From Actinomycetota bacterium (GTDB lineage: Bacteria; Actinomycetota; UBA4738; HRBIN12), in contig JBGGNG010000152.1 of the NCBI GenBank assembly GCA_041287635.1, forward strand, positions 11-64,010: 64,000 nucleotides of DNA, in the 5' to 3' direction. The position numbers and the translations under genes are program-made. Of the stretch, positions 51,920 through 64,000 are shown piece after piece (the first letter of the stretch is position 1; each line of letters starts with the position of its first letter). The notes beneath the pieces are model-generated. The model ran no database searches, had not been told where the DNA came from, and was given only the letters and a program-made list of their open reading frames with translations.

Positions 51920-52749
51920 GGCGTCGGCTCCGAGGCGAGCAGATATGTCGGGCGCCCGCCCTCGCGGTCGGGCTCGAAGGCGACGACGGAGAGGCCGGCG
52001 GCCATGCAGGCGTCGAGCATCGAACCGGCGGCCTCACGCCATGCCGAGCCGAGCGACGGGTCGGCGGCGCGCACCGCCGCGTGGTCGCGAGGGATCTGCA
52101 CGGCGACCACCTCGCCCCGGCGCGGGTCGCCCACGACCTCGGGGGCGGGAGCCTCGACCGAGCCGGTGCTGCGGAGGATCACCCGTGCGCCATCGGGGAT
52201 CGGTGGGGCGGCGGGGGTCGCATCGAGCGTCCACCGGACCACGAGCCGGTCGCTGCGGTCGCCCGTGTTGATCGAGTCGGGCATCTGTCCGTAATAGTCC
52301 CGATGGAACAAGTCGCAGGTGGCTCCCAGCTTGTTCACGTTCAGATGCGCGTTGCGGGCGACCAACGGGTCGAACGTCCAGCGCACGAGATGGATGCCGC
52401 GATCGAGGCACGCCGCGCGTTGTGCGAGCTTGAGCGCGTAACCGACGCCGGCATGCCGCCGATCGGGGAGGGCGGCGAGCATGTGCGAGTGTTCGTGGAG
52501 TCCGTCGCCAGGCGAGATGGCGGCCCAGCCGAGCACGTATCCGACCAACTCGTCGCCGTCGTGCGCACCCCACGGCACGTTGCCGGATCCCGCGAGCGCC
52601 CTGACCGTCTCCCTGGGGATCGCCTCACTCCACGTGGCCATCATGACGCGCAGGATCGCGTCCGCGTCGTCGAGGGAGGTGAGGGGGCGCAGGCGCACAC
52701 CGGCCGCCGACGCCGCGTCGTTCGCCAGTGCCCACGCGGGTCCGTCCAC
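51916..52749 (-). CDS. GNAT-family acyltransferase co-transcribed with the NSAR-like gene
   Basis: About 277 aa from GTG 52749. Contains GYVLGW...RRHAGVGYALKLAQRA. The stop overlaps the downstream start by 4 nt. Confidence 0.7.
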   Translation of the reverse strand: MDGPAWALANDAASAAGVRLRPLTSLDDADAILRVMMATWSEAIPRETVRALAGSGNVPWGAHDGDELVGYVLGWAAISPGDGLHEHSHMLAALPDRRHAGVGYALKLAQRAACLDRGIHLVRWTFDPLVARNAHLNVNKLGATCDLFHRDYYGQMPDSINTGDRSDRLVVRWTLDATPAAPPIPDGARVILRSTGSVEAPAPEVVGDPRRGEVVAVQIPRDHAAVRAADPSLGSAWREAAGSMLDACMAAGLSVVAFEPDREGGRPTYLLASEPTP

Positions 52750-52881
52750 GCGCCGGAGTCTATCGACGGGCCCCTTCGGGCAGTCGCCCTCCAGGCCGTG
52801 ACGGTCGACGAAAGGCGGAAGGCCCGCCGCATGGCGGGCCTTCCGTGGAACGAACCGCCGGCACAACCGGCGGTAGCTCGA

Positions 52882-53073
52882 TCAGCCGCCGGCGGGCGGC
52901 GGCAGTTCCTGCCACTCGACGTCATCGAGATCGTCGCCGCGGCGACGTTTCACGAATGCCACGACCGCCGCGACGATCGCGCCGATCACGGCGATCTTCA
53001 TGAGCTTCTTCAAGAATCCGCCCTTCTTCTTCTCCTCGACGGCCTCGACCGTCACGGTGGCTTCATCTGTCAT
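52882..53073 (-). CDS. Small single-TM protein
   Basis: 63 aa with KIAVIGAIVAAVVAFV followed by RRRGDDLDDVEWQELPPP. Its position next to tRNA-Ile resembles small proteins seen there in other actinobacteria. Confidence 0.5.
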   Translation of the reverse strand: MTDEATVTVEAVEEKKKGGFLKKLMKIAVIGAIVAAVVAFVKRRRGDDLDDVEWQELPPPAGG

Positions 53074-53096
53074 GGGAGGAGCCCTCCTTCCGGGAG

Positions 53097-53171
53097 TGGG
53101 CCTGGATGGACTTGAACCATCGACCTCTTCCTTATCAGGGAAGCGCTCTAACCGGGCTGAGCTACAGGCCC
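53097..53171 (-). tRNA. tRNA-Ile (anticodon GAT)
   Basis: GGGCCTGTAGCTCAGCCCGGTTAGAGCGCTTCCCTGATAAGGAAGAGGTCGATGGTTCAAGTCCATCCAGGCCCA. Cloverleaf folds. CCA is not encoded. Confidence 0.9.
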
Positions 53172-53249
53172 CAACTCATCGGGGCCGGTCGCCCTCGTGG
53201 CAGCGTAGCCACGGCCAGAAACACGTGTCAAACGAACGTTCGACGGCCG

Positions 53250-53888
53250 TCAATGACGAGGTCGCTCGGCGAGGGTGACCTCGACCCCACCGATGATGTC
53301 GCTGATCAGGTTGTAGAGCATCGCGATGAAGACGTTGATCACCGACCAGACCGCGACGAAGGTCAGCCCGCCGAAGAGCCCCCACATGAAGAGCGAGCCA
53401 CCGTCGATCTCGATCGGTTCCGCGCCCCCGGTCGAGGTCGTGCCCGTGCCGAAGACGTAGCCGAGCACCGTTTCGAGCGAGTCGATCGCCCCCGCCGCTG
53501 CGAGGACCCCGTAGACGATCACCATCGCGAACAGCACGATCAGCATCAGGCACAGGTAGAACAGCAGCGAGAACTTCAGGACCGACAGCGGCCCGACCTT
53601 GCGCACCACCACGCGGGTGCGGCGCGGCGCCGAGCGCATGCGTGGCGGGCGTGAGGGCTGAGCCGCGTCCCCACGAGGCGTCTGCGGGCTGGCGGCGAAC
53701 GATCCCTCATGTCCGGAGGACGGCGTCGAGGTGGTCGGCGCTGGTGACGCGGTGGGGGACGCTGCCGGCGCCGGGGCGTCGATCGCGGTCGCGACCACGC
53801 GCGGCTGTGGCACCGGCACACCCGTGTCGGGGCCGCGCTGCGGCTCACGCGGTTCGGCGGTCTCCGGTTGCTCGGCCGTGTGCACCAT
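53250..53888 (-). CDS. DUF3566-type membrane protein (Rv0007-like, gyrA-proximal)
   Basis: 212 aa. Pro/Ala-rich N-terminus and a C-terminal TM domain (LSVLKFSLLFYLCLMLIVLFAM...YNLISDIIGGVEVTL). Confidence 0.7.
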   Translation of the reverse strand: MVHTAEQPETAEPREPQRGPDTGVPVPQPRVVATAIDAPAPAASPTASPAPTTSTPSSGHEGSFAASPQTPRGDAAQPSRPPRMRSAPRRTRVVVRKVGPLSVLKFSLLFYLCLMLIVLFAMVIVYGVLAAAGAIDSLETVLGYVFGTGTTSTGGAEPIEIDGGSLFMWGLFGGLTFVAVWSVINVFIAMLYNLISDIIGGVEVTLAERPRH

Positions 53889-53943
53889 CTCCTCGGGACG
53901 AAGTCCTAAGGGTACGCCCTGGCCAACGCAAGTACCCGGAGCC

Positions 53944-54237
53944 TCAGGTTCGGAACGGGCCGCCGGGAGCGAACAGCACGTGGGCGTGTACCACGGCCAG
54001 GATCGCGCCTGCGACCGGCGCGATGATCCACGAGGCGGTATCGACCTGGCCCTGCACGAGGAGGCAGCCGATCGCGATGCCTGCGCCGGAGGCGGCGAGC
54101 ACGGTGGACCACATCCCCAGCGCCCGCCCGGAGCGCACGCCGAACAGACCGACGAGGAAGAGCACCGTCCCCAACCCGATCGTCGCGGGGCCGCCGTCCA
54201 TGGACCGCATCATCCCGTATGTAGCCTCCGCCGACAT
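53944..54237 (-). CDS. Small membrane protein
   Basis: 97 aa with three hydrophobic segments. Confidence 0.45.
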   Translation of the reverse strand: MSAEATYGMMRSMDGGPATIGLGTVLFLVGLFGVRSGRALGMWSTVLAASGAGIAIGCLLVQGQVDTASWIIAPVAGAILAVVHAHVLFAPGGPFRT

Positions 54238-54273
54238 CAGGCCGAGATGACTACGTAGTTCTCACCCGGATCG

Positions 54274-54304
54274 CTCAAGGCCCGCCGTCCTCCCTGCCGA
54301 TACC
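54274..54304 (+). promoter_or_regulatory. Sigma28/WhiG-like promoter candidate (CTCAAG-N17-CCGATACC)
   Basis: The motif ends 36 nt upstream of the second M23 peptidase ATG. Paralogous to the site at 41194-41223. Confidence 0.4.
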
Positions 54305-54340
54305 GCAGTAGGACATCGAGGGGAGAGGGAGAACGATCTG

Positions 54341-55126
54341 ATGCGGAACCGTACGGCACGCCTGATGGCGATCGCGGTGACAGGAAGCTTGGTGATCGCC
54401 GGGCTGGTCGTGGCGGCCAACGCGGAATCATCCGTGGATGTCGCCCTGCGCCAGAAGCACGATCTCCAGAAGCGCATCGAGGAGTTGCAGGAGACCAGAC
54501 GCCTGCGCCGTGTGGGGCTGCACCAGCGCATCCGGTTCACCCAGGCGCGTCTCCGCAACGCCCCGGGGGCCGCCAACGTCGGCGACCGGGCGCGTTCCCG
54601 CATCTACCGCCAGCGCCAGATCGAGCGGATCGAGGACCTGCGCACCGAGGAGCGCGAACTGGTCCGCACGACCCGCGCGCGCATCCGCAACCTCAGGTCG
54701 AAGCGCACCGGGCTCGCGGAGTGGATCGAATCGCTTCCGCTGCAGCGGTGCCCGGTCGACGGCCCCGTGGTGATCTCCGACGGCTTCGGTGACATCCGTG
54801 ACATGCCGGGCACGCCCCGCCACATCCACCAGGGCAACGACATCATGGCTCCGACCGGCGCGCCGATCATCGCACCGTTCGACGGCGAGGCCGTCGCCGG
54901 TTCCAGCGATCTCGGGGGCACCTCGGTCAAGGTCTACGGCGCGGGCGGTTACGTCTACAACGCCCATCTGTCGGCCTACGGCAAGCTCGGCGCCGTGCAG
55001 GCCGGGGACGTGATCGGCTACGTCGGCAGCACTGGCAACGCGACGGCGCCGCACAACCACTTCGAGTGGCATCCGGGCGACGGCGCTGCGGTGGACCCTT
55101 ACCTGTTCCTCACGGCGGTCTGCTGA
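54341..55126 (+). CDS. M23-family peptidoglycan metalloendopeptidase with an N-terminal coiled coil (paralogue)
   Basis: 261 aa with a signal peptide, HIHQGNDIMAPTGAPIIAPFDG and PHNHFEWH. Confidence 0.85.
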   Translation: MRNRTARLMAIAVTGSLVIAGLVVAANAESSVDVALRQKHDLQKRIEELQETRRLRRVGLHQRIRFTQARLRNAPGAANVGDRARSRIYRQRQIERIEDLRTEERELVRTTRARIRNLRSKRTGLAEWIESLPLQRCPVDGPVVISDGFGDIRDMPGTPRHIHQGNDIMAPTGAPIIAPFDGEAVAGSSDLGGTSVKVYGAGGYVYNAHLSAYGKLGAVQAGDVIGYVGSTGNATAPHNHFEWHPGDGAAVDPYLFLTAVC

Positions 55127-55140
55127 GACGAGACGATCGG

Positions 55141-55161
55141 TAGGGCGGGGGCGCCCCCGCC

Positions 55162-55164
<3 letters not shown>
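55141..55164. terminator. Perfect 24-nt palindrome TAGGGCGGGGGCGCCCCCGCCCTA between convergent genes
   Basis: Read directly. Its last 3 nt are the gyrA stop codon (CTA on the plus strand). Confidence 0.55.
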
Positions 55165-57612
<2,448 letters not shown>

Positions 57613-57664
57613 CCGCTGCGCCTTCGGCTACCTGAGCGACGTGCCACGGTGTGTGATCAGCTCC

Positions 57665-59773
<2,109 letters not shown>

Positions 59774-60115
59774 CTACCTGGGATTTCGCACCACGACGCG
59801 GACCCGGTGCACCCGGTCGCCGCCGAGCGCCTCGTCCGCCTTGCGGCGGATCTCCTCGTGCAGGAACTTCGCCTGGGCCCCCCACGGACCGCTCGAGACC
59901 TCCACCGTCAAGACCCCGTCGTCGAACGCTGCGGGCGCCGTCTCGCCGGCGAGCCGCTCCCCCACGATCTCGGGCCACCGCGACGCCAGTTGCGCCACGG
60001 GCATGCCGCGGCTGAACACCTGCTCACGCATCAACCCGTCGACGATGTCGCCCAGCGAGACGGTATCGTCCGAGCGCGGCCGCTTGCGGCCACCGAATCC
60101 CTTCGCGTCGGGCAT
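59774..60115 (-). CDS. dciA: DUF721/DciA-like protein
   Basis: 113 aa from an ATG overlapping the recF stop (ATGA). It has the conserved recF-gyrB position, and LASRWPEIVGERLA...LTVEVSSGPWGAQAKF is typical of DUF721. Confidence 0.7.
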   Translation of the reverse strand: MPDAKGFGGRKRPRSDDTVSLGDIVDGLMREQVFSRGMPVAQLASRWPEIVGERLAGETAPAAFDDGVLTVEVSSGPWGAQAKFLHEEIRRKADEALGGDRVHRVRVVVRNPR

Positions 60116-61227
60116 CAGCCGGTTCCCCCTGCGGCCACAGCACGCGGCGTCACGAACCCGGCCTGAACGTCCCACACCGCGTCGGCGTGCGTTGGCACGT
60201 CGGCCTCGTCGGCGACCGATACGAAGACCTGGCCTGCACGCGCCGCCAGGCGGGTGAGAAGGCGGTCGCGCCGGGCGGGGTCGAGGGCGCTGAATGGATC
60301 GTCCACGAGCAGCACCGGGGGCTCCCCGAGCTCGTCGGTCACCGCGGACGCCAGTCCGATCCGCAAGCAGAGCGCGGTCGACCACGTCTCGCCATGGGAG
60401 CCGGCCCAGCGCGCGCCGAGGTCGCGCACCTCGAGCGTGAGATCGTCGCGATGCGGTCCGACGAGCGACGTGCGCCGGGCGAGCTCGTCGCCTCGGCGCT
60501 CCGCGATCCTCGCCCGGAACGCGCCCTCCAGGTCGGACGCATCCCACACATTCGGGTGGTAGCGCACGACGAGCTCGTCCCCGGCGAGGTGCTCGAACTC
60601 CGCGGCGGCATGGGGTGCGAGGCGCTCGATCGCCTCATGGCGCGCCTGCACCAGGGCCGTCCCCGCCTGCGCCAGCTCCTCGTCCCATGCCTCGATGCCG
60701 GCGGGCACACCGGGACGGTCCCACTCCTTCAGCAGGCGGTTGCGCTGGCGCAGTGCGCGATCGTAGGTGGTGAACGCGCTCTCCTTCAGCGGCCAGAGCG
60801 CCGTGACCGCCTCATCGAGGAACGTCCGCCGTTTCGAGGGATCGCCGATCACGATCGGCAGGTCGAACGGCCCGAACATCACCGCGCGGACCTGGCGTCG
60901 GAGGTCGCGTTTCCGACGCACGGGCGACCGGTTCACCTTGACGCGGCTCGCGCCTTTCACGGGAATCTCGACCTCCACGAGCGTCTTGCCCTGCGCGGTC
61001 TCGAACTCCCCGCGGGCGTACGCCGCGTCGTGGCCGTCCTGCACGAGTGCCGAGGTCGCCGAGGCCCTGGGCGAGCCGAGCGCATACAGCACGAACATGC
61101 CCTCGAGCAGATTCGTTTTGCCCTCGCCGTTGGGCGCGACCACGACCGTCAGGCCGTCGCGCAGCGGATCGAGGTGCGTGTGCTCGTGGTTGCGGAACCG
61201 TCGCAACTCGATCCAGGCCAGGCGCAT
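60115..61227 (-). CDS. recF: DNA replication/repair protein RecF
   Basis: 370 aa with Walker A APNGEGKTNLLE and the C-terminal LLVDDPFSALD. Confidence 0.95.
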   Translation of the reverse strand: MRLAWIELRRFRNHEHTHLDPLRDGLTVVVAPNGEGKTNLLEGMFVLYALGSPRASATSALVQDGHDAAYARGEFETAQGKTLVEVEIPVKGASRVKVNRSPVRRKRDLRRQVRAVMFGPFDLPIVIGDPSKRRTFLDEAVTALWPLKESAFTTYDRALRQRNRLLKEWDRPGVPAGIEAWDEELAQAGTALVQARHEAIERLAPHAAAEFEHLAGDELVVRYHPNVWDASDLEGAFRARIAERRGDELARRTSLVGPHRDDLTLEVRDLGARWAGSHGETWSTALCLRIGLASAVTDELGEPPVLLVDDPFSALDPARRDRLLTRLAARAGQVFVSVADEADVPTHADAVWDVQAGFVTPRAVAAGGTG

Positions 61228-61254
61228 CGCGGGTGGGGACCCGATCGTCGGCGA

Positions 61255-62367
61255 TCAGGAGACAGCCGCAGGTAGCCGCACGGGCATCACCAGGTAGGTG
61301 AACTCGTCGCTCTCGCCCCGCACGACTCCGGGCTTCAACCCGTCGCGAACGTCGATGCGGACGCTCTCGCCGTTCGCCGCGCGCAGCCCGTCGGCCAGGT
61401 ACTGCGGATTGAACGCGACGGTGAGATCGTCGCCCTCGTACCTCGCCTCGACGGTCTCCACGGCTTGGCCGAGATCGGGGCTCGACGACGACAGCTTGAC
61501 CCCGAGCGCGTTGAACTCCAGTCTCACCGGCGTGGTGTCGCGCGCCATCAGCCCGACGCGACTCACCGCATCGAGCAGCTGCTGGCGACTGATCGTCAGC
61601 CGGCTCTCGTGCTGATCGGGCAGGAGCTGGCGGTAGTTCGGGAACTCGCCCTCGATCAGCCGCGACGTGAGCGTGAGCTCGCCGACGCGGAACGCCACCT
61701 GCGACTCGTCGACGAAGATCTCGAGCGATGCCTTCTCATCGGCGGCGGCGCCCCGGCCTGCCTCACTCAGCGCGCGCTCGGGCACGATCGCCTTGGCTTC
61801 GCCGTCGGCGGTCGCCACGAGCTCGCGGACGGCGAGCCTGTACGAGTCGGTCGCCACCATCACCACGCCCTCACGGCTGACCTCGATCAGCACCCCCGTC
61901 AGCACCGGACGAGCCTCGTCGCGCGATGCGCCGCGCGCGACCTGATGAACCGCCTCGGCGAACGCACCCGCCTCGGCGGTGATCTTCGTGCCGCTCGGTT
62001 CTTGCAGGCCCGGGAAGTCCTCGGCCGGCAGGAGACGCAGGGTCCCCTCATATGCGGCGCAGCGGATATGGGCTTGCGACTGATCGGTCTCGACATCGAC
62101 GGGGGCATCGGACAACGACTTCACGGTGTCGCCGAGCAAGCGGGCCGGCACGAGGTCGATGCCCGGCTCGCTCACCTGCGCGTCGGTCGCCAGGCGGGCC
62201 GAGACCTCGAGGTCGGTCGTCGTCAACGTGAGACGGCCGTCGTCGGTCGCCTCGATCAGCACCCCCGTGAGCGCCGGGATGCCCGGCCTCGACGACACCC
62301 CGCGCTGAACGGTCTGCAGCGCCTCGGACAGCGCATCGCGGTCACACCGGAACTTCACTCGGTCCAC
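61255..62367 (-). CDS. dnaN: DNA polymerase III beta sliding clamp
   Basis: 370 aa with typical three-domain clamp sequence. GTG start. Confidence 0.95.
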   Translation of the reverse strand: MDRVKFRCDRDALSEALQTVQRGVSSRPGIPALTGVLIEATDDGRLTLTTTDLEVSARLATDAQVSEPGIDLVPARLLGDTVKSLSDAPVDVETDQSQAHIRCAAYEGTLRLLPAEDFPGLQEPSGTKITAEAGAFAEAVHQVARGASRDEARPVLTGVLIEVSREGVVMVATDSYRLAVRELVATADGEAKAIVPERALSEAGRGAAADEKASLEIFVDESQVAFRVGELTLTSRLIEGEFPNYRQLLPDQHESRLTISRQQLLDAVSRVGLMARDTTPVRLEFNALGVKLSSSSPDLGQAVETVEARYEGDDLTVAFNPQYLADGLRAANGESVRIDVRDGLKPGVVRGESDEFTYLVMPVRLPAAVS

Positions 62368-62602
62368 CCCCTGCTTCTACTGTCTTGAAGGAAAGAAGAA
62401 CATCGGTAGTAGTAGGCACTGTGGAAACCTGCATGGACGGCCCGTTCCTGCAGCGTAGCCGCGCCGTGTGACATGTGGGAAACGTGTGGGGAAAACGTGT
62501 CGCTCCCGGCGGACCCCCGCAACGGAGCCCCGGTTCCCACCGGCAACGCCGATGTTGTCCACAGGTCGGCGCACACGCCGTGGAGCGATCCGGCAGGCGC
62601 GT
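62368..62602. other. oriC candidate (dnaA-dnaN spacer) with DnaA boxes and an AT-rich stretch
   Basis: Boxes: TTGTCCACA 62555-63 (actinobacterial consensus), TGTGGAAAC 62420-28, TGTGGGAAAC 62474-83, TGTGGGGAAAAC 62485-96, GGTTCCCACC 62532-41. The lowest-GC stretch is at 62371-62420. Confidence 0.7.
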
Positions 62603-64000
62603 TCATGCGGCGCGCACCCGGCCGCGGATGATGCGTGTGAGGTCCTGGACTTGGCGGAACGTGGCGTCGCGAGCCCGCATCTCGTCCTCGACCTTGCGGA
62701 TGCCGTGCAGCACGGTCGTGTGGTCACGCCCGCCGAAGATCTCGCCGATCTTCAGCAGCGAGAGGCCCGTGCACTCACGCGTGAGGTACATCGCGATGTG
62801 CCGGGCCTGGGTGAGCGGGCGCGACCGCGACTTCGACATCAGGTCCGCCGGCGACAGCGAGAAGTACTTCGCGGTCTCGTCGAGGATCAGCGGCGGCGGG
62901 ATCTCGTTCTGGGTCTGGGGGATGAGGTCCTCGAGCGCACGCTCGGCGAGCGTGTTGTCGATCGGCTGGCCGGTCAACTCGCTCCACGCGACCACCCGAA
63001 CGAGCGCTCCCTCGAGCTCACGCACGGACTGGTCGAACTTGGAGGCGACGAACTCGATCACGTCGGCAGGCACGGTGATGTGCTCGCGCTCGGCCTTCAG
63101 CTGCAGGATCGCGATGCGGGTCTCGAGGTCGGGAGGCTGCACGTCGACGCAGAGACCCCACCGGAACCGGTTCACCAGCCGCTCCTCGAGCCCCGAGAGC
63201 TCGTGCGGAGGACGATCGGACGCGATCACGATCTGCTTGCCGGCCCCGTGCAGGTGGTTGAACGTGTGGAAGAACTCGGTCTGGGTCTCCTCGCGCTTGG
63301 CCAGGAACTGGATGTCGTCCACCAGCAGCACGTCGACCTCGCGGTAGCGCTGACGGAACGCGTCGCCGCCCTGGCGCTCCCGGACCGCGGTGATGAACTC
63401 GGTCACGAACTGCTCCGACGTGACGTACTTCACGCGGAGCGCAGGCGCGAGCCGGTACATGTGGTGGCCGACCGCGATCAGCAGGTGGGTCTTGCCGAGG
63501 CCCACGCCTCCGTAGATGAACAGCGGGTTGTACGCCGTTGACGGCGGCGCCTCGGCCACGGCCATCGCCGCGGCGTGAGCGAACCGGTTACTCGGTCCGG
63601 GCACGAATGCGTCGAACGTGTAGCTCGGGAACGGCAGCCCCGGCGCACCGAGCGTTTCCCGCGCAGCCGACGGCGCCTCGGGGGCGCCGATCGTGGCGTA
63701 TGAGGCAGGAGATCGATCGGCCCGGTCGAGGGGGGTGCTCTCGAACGCCCCGGCCGCCTGCTCGCGGAGGGCCTCGTCGATCGAGAGCTCGATCGTCAGC
63801 GGCCGGCCGGCCGCCTCCTGTGCGGCGCGCTCGATCAGCGGAAGATGATTGTGCTGCAGGCGTTCACGAACGAGGGGGCTCGGCACGGCGAGCGTGATCG
63901 AGTCCTCGACAAGGCTCACGGGCCGCACGTCGGCGAACCACATGACGACGGTGGTCTCCGGCAGCTCCTCGCGTGCCCGATCCAGGACGTGGGCCCACGC
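62603..64000 (-). CDS. dnaA: Chromosomal replication initiator DnaA (5-prime end lies beyond the window)
   Basis: AAA+ Walker A GGVGLGKTHLL, and the C-terminal DNA-binding domain (HTTVLHGIRKV). The reading frame stays open to position 64000. Confidence 0.95.
   Translation of the reverse strand, partial: AWAHVLDRAREELPETTVVMWFADVRPVSLVEDSITLAVPSPLVRERLQHNHLPLIERAAQEAAGRPLTIELSIDEALREQAAGAFESTPLDRADRSPASYATIGAPEAPSAARETLGAPGLPFPSYTFDAFVPGPSNRFAHAAAMAVAEAPPSTAYNPLFIYGGVGLGKTHLLIAVGHHMYRLAPALRVKYVTSEQFVTEFITAVRERQGGDAFRQRYREVDVLLVDDIQFLAKREETQTEFFHTFNHLHGAGKQIVIASDRPPHELSGLEERLVNRFRWGLCVDVQPPDLETRIAILQLKAEREHITVPADVIEFVASKFDQSVRELEGALVRVVAWSELTGQPIDNTLAERALEDLIPQTQNEIPPPLILDETAKYFSLSPADLMSKSRSRPLTQARHIAMYLTRECTGLSLLKIGEIFGGRDHTTVLHGIRKVEDEMRARDATFRQVQDLTRIIRGRVRAA

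Overview
This is a high-GC (about 70%) actinobacterial chromosomal window ending at the replication origin. The top end carries dnaA (partial), oriC, dnaN, recF, DUF721/dciA, gyrB and gyrA on the minus strand, followed by DUF3566, tRNA-Ile, tRNA-Ala and crgA further in. The rest is mostly core or accessory metabolism. It includes a partner-switching stress module (two STAS proteins, a GAF-PP2C phosphatase and an RsbW-like kinase, with no sigma factor gene) and small stress proteins with sigmaB/F-type promoter candidates. It also includes proline dehydrogenase, a sulfite/APS reductase plus siroheme cluster, fadD, ABC exporters coupled to a penicillin-acylase-family gene, and gdhA. Further genes are an S9 peptidase coupled to an orphan Mo-hydroxylase large subunit, tandem PQQ-type sugar dehydrogenases (one split by an in-frame TAG), and cell-wall hydrolases (two M23, one M15). 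I saw no CRISPR array, transposase, integrase or prophage genes. The most unusual element is a compact minus-strand cluster at 47.1-50.6 kb, inside a 9.4 kb block that separates tRNA-Ile from tRNA-Ala. It encodes a beta-hairpin repeat protein, a MauD-like thiol-disulfide oxidoreductase, and a Tat-signal, Cys-rich, single-Trp protein resembling the methylamine dehydrogenase light chain. It also encodes a 34-codon micro-ORF, a double-length MauE-like membrane protein and a secreted protein. No dehydrogenase heavy chain, MauG or amicyanin is present in the window. Other notable signals are a second dense cluster of DnaA-box-like motifs downstream of crgA and a shared sigma28/WhiG-like promoter motif upstream of both M23 peptidase paralogs. 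All calls rest on reading the translations and sequence by eye. No database search was run.
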